Assembly: GCA_030651905.1 (NCBI GenBank) | Contig: JAUSBS010000017.1 | Location: forward strand, 2,932-66,931 | Source: Coriobacteriia bacterium | GTDB lineage: Bacteria; Actinomycetota; Coriobacteriia; Anaerosomatales; PALSA-660 | DNA: 64,000 nucleotides | Direction: 5' to 3' | In this document: positions 17,455 through 24,980 of the stretch, piece by piece | Numbering within the stretch: position 1 is the first letter of the stretch | Layout: every line of letters starts with the position of its first letter | Notes under the pieces: generated by a model | Databases searched by the model: none | The model's input: the letters and a program-made list of their open reading frames with translations, nothing else | Told to the model about the DNA's origin: nothing | Program-made: the position numbers and the translations under genes

Positions 17455-18774
17455 ATGGAAACCGCACGGATCACCGTCATCGGCGCCGGCTACGTCGGCC
17501 TCGTCACCGGTGTCTGCCTCGCGAACTCGGGCCACGACGTGACCTGCGTCGACGTGGATGCCGCCAAGATCGAGATGCTCTCCTCGGGCAGCAGCCCGAT
17601 CTACGAGCCCGGCATCGTCGAGCTGCTCGCGAAGACCTCGGCGAGCGGGCGCCTGCGCTTCGCGACGCCGCAGGACGGCTGGGCGCCGCTGCTCGGCGAC
17701 ATCGTGTTCGTCGCCGTCGGCACACCGATGGCCGAGAGTGGCGCAGCCGACCTGACCGCGGTGCGCGAGGTCGTGCAGACGGTGGCCGCGACAACCGACC
17801 ACCCGTTCACGCTCGTGATGAAGTCCACGGTCCCCCCCGGGACCGGCCGGGACCTCGTCTCGCGCTTCCTCGACGATTCCCCGCACCCCATCGGGTACGT
17901 CTCGAATCCCGAGTTCCTGCGCGAGGGCCGGGCCCTCGAAGACTGGTACCACACCGATCGAGTGGTGCTCGGCAGCGATGACCCGTCCGCCCTGGACGCG
18001 GTCGAGGCACTCTACGAGGAGGTGGACGCGACGGTGCTGCGGACCGATATCGCGAGCGCCGAGACGATCAAGTACGCCTCGAACGCCTTCTTGGCGACCA
18101 AGATCAGCTTCATCAACGAGATCGCGAACGTGTGCGACGCGGCCGGGGCGCGCATCGACGACGTCTCGGTAGGCGTCGGACTCGACTCCCGCATCGGCCC
18201 CCAGTTCCTGAACGCGGGTATAGGCTACGGCGGCTCGTGTTTCCCGAAGGACGTGCGCGCGCTCGACTTCATCTCCTCGGAGAGTGGCTACAGCTTCGAA
18301 CTCGTGAAGGCCGTGATCGAGGTCAACGCCCGGCAACGGACCCTCCCGGTCGACGCGCTGCGCCGGACTCTCGGCGATCTATCGGGCGCCAGGATCGCCG
18401 TACTCGGTCTCACCTTCAAGCCGGACACCGACGACGTTCGAGAGTCCCCCGCGATCGACATCATCGCCTCGCTCGTGGCCGAGGGCGCGAGCGTCCTCGC
18501 GTACGATCCGCTCGCTTCGCACGTCATCCTTCCCGAGGGAGCGTCCCGCGTCGATGACGCGTGGACTGCGCTGACCGGGGCGAACGCCGTCGTGCTCGTG
18601 ACGGAGTGGTCGGAGTTCGTCGGCCTTGACTGGACTCGCGCTGCGGCGGCCATGGCGGCACCGAAGATCGTGTTCGATGGCCGCAACGCTCTGGACGCGA
18701 ACGCGCTTGAGGCTGCGGGCGTGCGCTACATGGCCGTCGGCAGAGACGGCTGTCACCGCCGCCACGACCACTAG
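17455..18774 (+). CDS. ugd: UDP-glucose 6-dehydrogenase
   Basis: METARITVIGAGYVGLVTGVCLA is a Rossmann motif. GIGYGGSCFPKDV carries the catalytic Cys motif. 439 aa. Confidence 0.9.
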   Translation: METARITVIGAGYVGLVTGVCLANSGHDVTCVDVDAAKIEMLSSGSSPIYEPGIVELLAKTSASGRLRFATPQDGWAPLLGDIVFVAVGTPMAESGAADLTAVREVVQTVAATTDHPFTLVMKSTVPPGTGRDLVSRFLDDSPHPIGYVSNPEFLREGRALEDWYHTDRVVLGSDDPSALDAVEALYEEVDATVLRTDIASAETIKYASNAFLATKISFINEIANVCDAAGARIDDVSVGVGLDSRIGPQFLNAGIGYGGSCFPKDVRALDFISSESGYSFELVKAVIEVNARQRTLPVDALRRTLGDLSGARIAVLGLTFKPDTDDVRESPAIDIIASLVAEGASVLAYDPLASHVILPEGASRVDDAWTALTGANAVVLVTEWSEFVGLDWTRAAAAMAAPKIVFDGRNALDANALEAAGVRYMAVGRDGCHRRHDH

Positions 18775-18784
18775 GGTCCCGCCT

Positions 18785-20020
18785 GTGCACATCCTCTACC
18801 TCCATCAGTTCTTCGCCACGCGCGACAGCTCGCATCCGACGCGCAGCTACGAGTTCGCGCGAAGGATGGTGTCGGCTGGACACGAGGTCACGATGCTGAC
18901 CGGCAACTCGCGGCTCGGCGCGCTGCACGACGACGGCCTCGTCCGCCACTTCGTCGTGGACGGAATCTCCGTGCGCTCGGTACGCAACCGCTACTCGAAC
19001 GCGATGGGGCACGCGCGGCGAATCGTCTCCTTCGCCGTCTTCGCGGTGACGAGCACGATCGAGGCCGCGCGCGTGAGGCGTCCCGACATCGTCTTCGCGA
19101 CCTCGACGCCGTTGACCATCGGCGTTCCCGGGTGGATCGCCGCGAAGGTGCGCCGGGTCCCGTTCGTCTTCGAGGTCCGGGACCCCTGGCCGGAGGCGGC
19201 CTTCCAGATGGGTGCGCTCCAACGCGGTAGCGCGCTGGGTCGGCTGGCGTTGTGGCTGGAGCGCTTCCTGTACCGCGAGGCCGATGCGATCGTCGGGCTC
19301 TCTCCGGGAATGATCGAGTGCATCCTGGCGGCGGGCGCCGACCCGGGCAAGACACACATGATCCCGAACTGCTCGGACCTCGACTTGTTCCACCCGGGTC
19401 CGAAGGACCCCGGCACCGTCGAACGCTATGGTCTGAGAGATCTCTTCGTCGTCGGCTACACGGGCGCAGTCGGCCCGACCAACGCCGTGCACGTGATCGC
19501 TGACGCGGCCGCGATCCTGAAGGAGCGCGGTCGAGACGACATCGCGGTGCTGGTCGCCGGCGACGGGAAGTGCCTGGCGGGGATCCGGACCGACGCGCAG
19601 GCCCGAGGGTTGGACAACCTGCGGCTGATCGGCCCCCTGCCGAAGACCGTGATGCCGGACCTTCTGCGCACGTGTGACGTTCTGCTCGGTCACCTCGCGA
19701 AGGTGCCGGTGCTCTATACGGGGTCCCCCAACAAGCTGTTCGACGCGCTGGCTTCAGGGCGACCCGTCATCGTGAACTCCCCGGGGTGGACGCGACCTCT
19801 CGTCGAGGAGTCGGGCGCCGGGCTCTTCGTGGATCCGGAGGATGCGGTCGCCCTGGTGGATGCGATCATCGGCATCGCGGACGATCCGCAGCGTGCGGAC
19901 CGCATGGGGAAGGCGGCACGCGCCGTGGCAGAGCGCGACTTCTCGCGAGATGAGCAGGCCGACCGCCTCATCGCGCTGCTGCAGTCGGTCCGGGACGCGC
20001 GCACGAGCCAGGGAGACTAG
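18785..20020 (+). CDS. GT4-family glycosyltransferase (WbuB-like)
   Basis: GTG 18785 gives VHILYLHQFFATRDSSHPTRSYEFARRMVSAGHEVTMLTG. Also present: EVRDPWPEA and SPNKLFDALASGRPVIVN. The track's earlier start lies inside ugd. Confidence 0.85.
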   Translation: MHILYLHQFFATRDSSHPTRSYEFARRMVSAGHEVTMLTGNSRLGALHDDGLVRHFVVDGISVRSVRNRYSNAMGHARRIVSFAVFAVTSTIEAARVRRPDIVFATSTPLTIGVPGWIAAKVRRVPFVFEVRDPWPEAAFQMGALQRGSALGRLALWLERFLYREADAIVGLSPGMIECILAAGADPGKTHMIPNCSDLDLFHPGPKDPGTVERYGLRDLFVVGYTGAVGPTNAVHVIADAAAILKERGRDDIAVLVAGDGKCLAGIRTDAQARGLDNLRLIGPLPKTVMPDLLRTCDVLLGHLAKVPVLYTGSPNKLFDALASGRPVIVNSPGWTRPLVEESGAGLFVDPEDAVALVDAIIGIADDPQRADRMGKAARAVAERDFSRDEQADRLIALLQSVRDARTSQGD

Positions 20021-20868
20021 GGCTGGGTCGTGCCCTCGATCGACGAGCTCGTCTCACTCGCGCCGCTCAGTCGCGGCAGCTCACCCATCCACTTGCGGCG
20101 CAGCGTCTCCAGCACGCCTTGCGACGACAGCTCGTCAAGGGCAGCGCGCACCGCCTGCTCCAACTCGGCGCGGTCCCGGGCCACCGCGACGCCTACGGGC
20201 ACCGCCGGCGCCAACTGGCCGTTGAAGCGCAGCTTGGGGAAGTCGCGGAGCAGATAGGCCGCCACGACGCCGTCACCGGCGACGAAGTCGACGGTGCCGG
20301 ACGCGACGGTAGAGAGCGCCTCGCGCAGCGTCGGCGTGACGACGAGCAGGTCCTCGCCGAGTTCCTCGGCCAGCAGCCAGAAGGCGGCCGACTCCTTCTG
20401 TACGGCGATCCGCTTGCCTTGGAGACCATCGATGGTGGGGGTGGCCTCGGTGTTCGAGTAGAGCGCGGGTCCGTCGTTGATGTACGAGCCGGCGAACGCC
20501 ACGTCGAGCTGGACAGCACGGTCGATCGGCACGCCGGCGATGAGCACGTCGACCTTGCCGTCACGCAACATGACAGCACCTGCCTCCGGCTTGGCGTCCA
20601 CGATCTGGAGCTTGAGCCCGAGCCGGTCGGCCAGGGCCGACGCGACGTCCACGTCGAGTCCGGCCTTGACGCCCCCGACGGTCCCCCCGTACGGCGGATA
20701 CGTCAGATCGATCGCGGCGCGCAGGATGCCTGCCTTCCCGATGACCGGAGGCTTCACTTTCGGCGTGAGGGCGGCCTCGGTGCCCCCGCGATCACAGCCG
20801 GTCGCGGCGAATGCCGTGATCGCGATCGCGACGACGAGCAGGGCTGCTGCGGACCTCGTGCTTCTCAC
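20017..20868 (-). CDS. orphan family-3 substrate-binding lipoprotein (no adjacent permease or ATPase)
   Basis: GTG 20868 is preceded by GGGAGGA. VRSTRSAAALLVVAIAITAFAATGC is a lipobox signal. The body is PBP type 3 (GLDVDVASALADRLGL, DVLIAGVPI). Its stop shares the palindrome CTAG (20017-20020) with the convergent GT gene. Confidence 0.8.
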   Translation of the reverse strand: MRSTRSAAALLVVAIAITAFAATGCDRGGTEAALTPKVKPPVIGKAGILRAAIDLTYPPYGGTVGGVKAGLDVDVASALADRLGLKLQIVDAKPEAGAVMLRDGKVDVLIAGVPIDRAVQLDVAFAGSYINDGPALYSNTEATPTIDGLQGKRIAVQKESAAFWLLAEELGEDLLVVTPTLREALSTVASGTVDFVAGDGVVAAYLLRDFPKLRFNGQLAPAVPVGVAVARDRAELEQAVRAALDELSSQGVLETLRRKWMGELPRLSGASETSSSIEGTTQP

Positions 20869-20891
20869 ATGTCCTCCCGATCCGTGGGGTT

Positions 20892-21140
20892 GCGCTCCCA
20901 CCCGGCTGACCTGGTCTTTGGCCCCACACTCGCGTACGGGGGCTTCCGCTTGATGCGATCTCACTACCGGCCCTCTCGTCCGCCAACCGGGATGGTTGGA
21001 CCGGACGGTACGACTTACCCCTAAGACGCGCCATGCTCGCGCGACAGCTTACACTGCCGGCTTACGTGGGTCCCTTCGGCCGCGTCTACCTTGGACTAGG
21101 ACCCTTTCGGGTCCGCAACCACAGACCCGGGTGGGAGCGC
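20892..21140 (-). ncRNA. candidate structured RNA or cis-regulatory leader, family unassigned
   Basis: A perfect 14-bp long-range helix pairs GCGCTCCCACCCGG (21140-21127 on the minus strand) with CCGGGTGGGAGCGC (20905-20892). It encloses about 220 nt with no credible ORF. Inside are GGACCC-GAAA-GGGTCC (21099-21114, a GNRA loop only on the minus strand) and a 12-bp bulged hairpin (20977-21007). The element ends 24 nt before the SD and start of the orphan binding protein. The strand call rests on the GNRA loops and this position. Confidence 0.35.
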
Positions 21141-21158
21141 GAGTGAGATTGTAGCAGG

Positions 21159-21551
21159 TCAGAGGCGCAGATAGTCGCCGGGCAGCATGACGCGCACGCC
21201 GCCGATGACGCGGCCGAAGCACGTGCCGAAGTGTGCCATGTCGCCCGTGAGCAGGTACTCCGCCCCCGACACGATCGCAGCCAGCAGGACCGGGCGGTCC
21301 TTGGCTGGAAGGTCGGGTGCGTCGGGAGTCTCGAACTCGGCAGGCTCCGCGGGCAGGATCGCCATGCGCGCGACAAGGGCCTCGAGCCGCTCGGCGGCGG
21401 CGGGGTCGGGCACGTTGCGGCGCGCCTCGGTCACGACGTACGGGGATGCGAGGAGCCGGACGGCCTTGAGCGACCACAGTCCCGCTACCCGCGACTCCGG
21501 CTTGAGCGCGGCCGAGACGAGCACGTTGGCATCGAGGAAGACCCGGTCCAT
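21159..21551 (-). CDS. PIN-domain toxin (VapC-like)
   Basis: The 130-aa product starts MDRVFLDANVLVSAAL and contains LLTGDMAHF. It lies 3 nt downstream of the antitoxin gene. Confidence 0.8.
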   Translation of the reverse strand: MDRVFLDANVLVSAALKPESRVAGLWSLKAVRLLASPYVVTEARRNVPDPAAAERLEALVARMAILPAEPAEFETPDAPDLPAKDRPVLLAAIVSGAEYLLTGDMAHFGTCFGRVIGGVRVMLPGDYLRL

Positions 21552-21554
21552 GCG

Positions 21555-21848
21555 CTATGACGCGGGTCGTGGCTGGTGCGGGAGCGATGCCGGATCGAGG
21601 CCCATCCCGCGAACCTCCGCGACGGCGTCGTCGTACTCCGCCGCGGTCACCGCGTTGTTGAGCATGAACTCGGCTGTGCGCTCGGGCGTGTACGTCTCGA
21701 CCTCGTAGGTGCGCGCCGGCTTGAACAACAGCCCTGCGGGGCACTCCTCCATGACGAGCATCTCGCCCTCATCGAATCCGTATCGGCGACGGGCATCGGC
21801 CGGGATGACGACCGTCCCCCGCTTCCCCACGCGCACGTACTCGGCCAC
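21555..21848 (-). CDS. AbrB/SpoVT-fold antitoxin
   Basis: VRVGKRGTVVIPADARRRYGFDEGEMLVMEE is a swapped-hairpin AbrB-like motif. I prefer GTG 21848 (GGAGGTG 6-7 nt upstream) to the track's 21857. Confidence 0.75.
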   Translation of the reverse strand: MAEYVRVGKRGTVVIPADARRRYGFDEGEMLVMEECPAGLLFKPARTYEVETYTPERTAEFMLNNAVTAAEYDDAVAEVRGMGLDPASLPHQPRPAS

Positions 21849-21869
21849 GTCGACCACCTCCGTCTGATG

Positions 21870-21898
21870 ATGTCAGTATAGCCGAATGTCTGACATTC
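21870..21898 (-). promoter_or_regulatory. candidate TA promoter and operator
   Basis: The palindrome GAATGTC-T-GACATTC (21884-21898) and a further ATGTCAG half-site (21870-21876) flank or overlap a TATACT -10 box (minus strand, 21880-21875). All lie directly upstream of the antitoxin. Confidence 0.35.
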
Positions 21899-21911
21899 TG
21901 CGGCCGGCCTG

Positions 21912-22592
21912 CTACCCACACGCACGCCCCACGGTCACCGCGCGGACCTCACATGAGCCTGCTTCGCAGAGTGCGCGCGCAGCGGCGTCCAGCGTCGCAC
22001 CCGTCGTGAACACGTCGTCGATGAGCAGCACATATCGCGGCGCTGCGACTCCGGGCAGCATGGCGATCGACCCGGCGGCGTTGCTCAGCCGCTTGCGGCG
22101 GGACAGTGCCCGCTGGTCGCGGCGCGGGCGGCACACCAGCGCGTCGTACGCGGGCACTCCCAGCAGGTGCGCCAGCTCCGTCGCCACCCGCGCGGTATGG
22201 TCGAAGCCACGGCGCGCCACCGCGGCGGGTGACGGCGGTACCGGAACCACGGCGTCCGGCCAGCCCGCCCAGTCGGCCACGGACCCGACGGCGATCCCGG
22301 CGAGCACGGGCGCCAGGCGCAGATCGCCGGCGTCCTTGTACACGGTGACGAGCCGCGACAGCGGCGGTTCGTGCACGCCCGCACATCGGACCGTCGCGAA
22401 CCCGTACTCCGCGTCGCAGCACTCGCCGCACCACGTGACGCCGCCCGGCGCGCCGCAACGAGGACAGGCGCGCGTGACGTCGATCAGCGGGAGGGCCGCG
22501 TGGCAGCGAGCGCACAGGAGGGCACCCGGCAGTTCGCAACCGGCGCATCGAGTGGGCGCGATGACTTCCGCGAGTGCTTCGAAGAGTCGCAG
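21912..22592 (-). CDS. comF: ComF-family phosphoribosyltransferase, probable CTG start
   Basis: PRTase motif YVLLIDDVFTTGATL is present. The N-terminal Cys-rich segment (CAGCELPGALLCARC...CPRCGAPGGVTWCGEC) lies upstream of the track's GTG 22376. The only start-like codon after the upstream gene's in-frame TAG is CTG 22592, which sits 5 nt after AAGGAGG. Confidence 0.75.
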   Translation of the reverse strand: MRLFEALAEVIAPTRCAGCELPGALLCARCHAALPLIDVTRACPRCGAPGGVTWCGECCDAEYGFATVRCAGVHEPPLSRLVTVYKDAGDLRLAPVLAGIAVGSVADWAGWPDAVVPVPPSPAAVARRGFDHTARVATELAHLLGVPAYDALVCRPRRDQRALSRRKRLSNAAGSIAMLPGVAAPRYVLLIDDVFTTGATLDAAARALCEAGSCEVRAVTVGRACG

Positions 22593-22625
22593 AGCCGCCT
22601 CCTTCTCGGAGCCGGCCGCGGGCTC

Positions 22626-23546
22626 CTATCCCAAGAGCATCTGCACGAGCGGAACGGTGACCACGCACGCCATCGTCGTGGCGAGGATCGCCGACGCGGT
22701 GAAGTCCGTGTCGAGCCCGAACCGCTCGCTGATGACGAGCGTCAGCATCATCGACGGCATGCCCGCCTGCAGCATGACGAGTCGCATCCCCGACGTCTCG
22801 CCGAGAGCGACCGCGGCCAGCGCAGCCACGATCGGCAGGAGCAACAGCTTCACGGCCCCTGTGACACCGAGGACGGCGAGACGCCCCTTGAACCCTTTCG
22901 CCGTGAGCGTCAGACCGAGCGAGATCATGACGAGCGGCACGGTCATGTTCGCAAGGATGCCCAACCAATCCATGACCGATGTCTCAACAGAACCTGACAC
23001 GGGCACCAGCCGGCTCGCGAGACCGGCCATCAGCGCGACGAGTGCGGGCGCTGTCAGCAGCTCCTTGACGACAGAGATGGGGCCTTCGTGCTTGCCCATG
23101 CGTCCCGCGATCATGATGCCGACGGTGAAGAGCAGCGCCACGGTCCCGAAGACGTCGTAGAAGACAGCCTGCGGCAGCGACTTCGCCCCCAGCAGCATGG
23201 TCGTGACCGGGTAGCCGATGTAGCCCGTGTTCCCGAGCGCGGTGACGAGGATGAAGGCTGCGGCGGTGCGCTTGGGCAGGCGAAGGAGCCGCGCGATCCC
23301 CCACGCGACGGCGAACCCGACTCCGCCCACGACCCACGCGATCCCCGCCACGCGCGCGAGGTCCCACGACAGGTCGGTCTGCCTCGCCACGCGGAACACG
23401 AGTGCCGGCAGCGCGGCGTAGATGATGAGCGAGTTGAGCACCTTCGCATGCTCGCGTTTGAGCAGCTTCGTGGCGCGCAGCGCGATGCCGACACCCGCGA
23501 GAGCGAGCATCTTCATGATCGCGATCGTCAGCGCCGTGGAACCCAC
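22626..23546 (-). CDS. AEC (auxin efflux carrier) family permease
   Basis: 306 aa, with about 10 hydrophobic segments. Starts MGSTALTIAIMKMLALAGVGIALRATKLL, followed by NSLIIYAALPALVF. Confidence 0.85.
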   Translation of the reverse strand: MGSTALTIAIMKMLALAGVGIALRATKLLKREHAKVLNSLIIYAALPALVFRVARQTDLSWDLARVAGIAWVVGGVGFAVAWGIARLLRLPKRTAAAFILVTALGNTGYIGYPVTTMLLGAKSLPQAVFYDVFGTVALLFTVGIMIAGRMGKHEGPISVVKELLTAPALVALMAGLASRLVPVSGSVETSVMDWLGILANMTVPLVMISLGLTLTAKGFKGRLAVLGVTGAVKLLLLPIVAALAAVALGETSGMRLVMLQAGMPSMMLTLVISERFGLDTDFTASAILATTMACVVTVPLVQMLLG

Positions 23547-23579
23547 CGCTCTCCCCTTCGGCCCCCGTCCGGTGGCAGC

Positions 23580-24818
23580 CTAGAGCTCGTGTATCGAGCC
23601 GGACCCTTCGCACGCGGCGGCGAGCGACTCGCCGTAGGGCGCGCGTGCCACGTCACACTCGGTGATGATCGCACTCACGTACTCGGCCGGCGTCACGTCG
23701 AACGCCGGGTTGTAGACCTCGATGTTCGGCGGTGCGATGCGCACCCAGCCGTCCACCTGGTAGCCGGCGCCCTTGCGCGTGATCTCCATAGCGTGACCCT
23801 TCGCGAGCGGGAGCGCATACGGCCCGTCAGCGGTGAGCGTCTCGAACGCGCGGGACGCCGTGGCGCTGTCGGGCTCGAGCACGCCGGAGAAGGTCACGCC
23901 CTCGACCTCGCGCGGATCGCGCTGCTCGATGACGATGCCGTCACCCGACTCGAGCGTGAGGTCCACGGTCGACGTCGGCGCCGCCACGTAGAACGGGATG
24001 CCGTGCTCCTTGCACAGGACGGCCAGCCCGTAGGTGCCGATCTTGTTCGCCACGTCGCCGTTGGCCGCGATGCGGTCCGCCCCGACGATGACCGCATCGA
24101 CCATCCCGGCCCGCATGACCGAGGCGGCCATGCTGTCGGTGATGAGGCGGAACGGGATGCCCGCCATCTTGAGCTCCCAGGCGGTGAGGCGCGCCCCCTG
24201 GAGGACCGGTCGCGTCTCATCGACCCAGACACCGGCCACCTTGCCCTGCTCGTGCGCGGTGAAGACGACGCCGAGCGCGGTGCCGAAGTACGCCGTGGCC
24301 AGCGACCCCGCGTTGCAGTGCGTGAGGATGCGAACGTCGTCGGGCAGCAGCTCGGCGCCATGACGGCCGATGGCGCGGTTGCGCTCCTCATCCTGTTCCG
24401 ACATCGCGAGCGCCTCGGTCACGAGCAACTCGCGCAGCTCCGGCAACGGTCGGTCCGCGCTCGCGTGCGCGAGGGCGCGCATGCGCTCGGCCCCCCACGC
24501 GAGGTTCACGGCGGTCGGGCGCGTGGCCGCGACCACAGCGGCGACAGCATCGATCCCGGCGAGGAACGCATCGGTGTCCGTGACGCCGTCGCTCTCGTTG
24601 ATGACCCACAGCGCCACCGCCATCGCCGCGGCCACGCCCAGCGCAGGCGCACCGCGCACGGCCATGCCACCGATGGCGGCGCACACGCCGTCATGCGTGC
24701 CGCACACGAGCAGGTCGCCCACGAGCGGCAGGCGCGACTGATCGACCATGTAGACGGCCGGCCGGCCGGACTCGTCTTCTTGCCACCACAGAGTGCGTGG
24801 AATGTCGGTGATCGCCAT
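23580..24818 (-). CDS. mtnA: S-methyl-5-thioribose-1-phosphate isomerase (eIF-2B alpha/beta/delta-like family)
   Basis: ATG 24818 gives MAITDIPRTLWW...MVDQSRLP. Also present: THCNAGSLAT, GADRIAANGDVANKIGTY and NPAFDVTPAEYVSAIITE. There is an extra roughly 50-aa segment before NPAFDVTP. Confidence 0.85.
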   Translation of the reverse strand: MAITDIPRTLWWQEDESGRPAVYMVDQSRLPLVGDLLVCGTHDGVCAAIGGMAVRGAPALGVAAAMAVALWVINESDGVTDTDAFLAGIDAVAAVVAATRPTAVNLAWGAERMRALAHASADRPLPELRELLVTEALAMSEQDEERNRAIGRHGAELLPDDVRILTHCNAGSLATAYFGTALGVVFTAHEQGKVAGVWVDETRPVLQGARLTAWELKMAGIPFRLITDSMAASVMRAGMVDAVIVGADRIAANGDVANKIGTYGLAVLCKEHGIPFYVAAPTSTVDLTLESGDGIVIEQRDPREVEGVTFSGVLEPDSATASRAFETLTADGPYALPLAKGHAMEITRKGAGYQVDGWVRIAPPNIEVYNPAFDVTPAEYVSAIITECDVARAPYGESLAAACEGSGSIHEL

Positions 24819-24912
24819 GTGAGGTCCGATCGGTCGGTGTCGCTTGAGAGCCCCGGGGGGCACCTGCGTAGTGTGGACGAGCGGGGAGCGGCATTCAACC
24901 GCGGGAGGCCGC

Positions 24913-24960
24913 GGACGCACGAAGGCCCCGCGTCGCCGCAGGGCCTTCTGCATGCTATCG
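24913..24960 (-). terminator. terminator-like hairpin, copy A of a 47/48-nt direct repeat
   Basis: On the minus strand, GAAGGCCCTGCG-GCGA-CGCGGGGCCTTC (24921-24948) has a 12-bp stem with one G-U pair and a GNRA loop. It lies 20 nt after the giant gene's stop. 45 of 48 aligned positions are identical to 30266-30312. Confidence 0.6.
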
Positions 24961-24980
24961 CGTCGTGGTGGGTACGTGCG

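Noticed and set aside
20892-21140. Assigning the structured element to a known RNA family (SRP, RNase P, tmRNA, 6S, T-box, or a SAM, TPP, FMN, lysine, glycine, ykkC or cobalamin riboswitch)
   Set aside because: The hallmark strings are absent or only loosely approximated: GGAAGCAGCC for SRP, GGAAAGTCCGGGC for RNase P, CUGAGA for TPP, the T-box sequence and the B12 box. I cannot run a covariance model, so no family call is made.
21049-21744. 231-aa minus-strand ORF spanning the intergenic gap and the PIN/antitoxin genes
   Set aside because: It is out of frame with the well-supported PIN and AbrB genes. Its product is an Arg/Gly/Pro/Ala-rich string.
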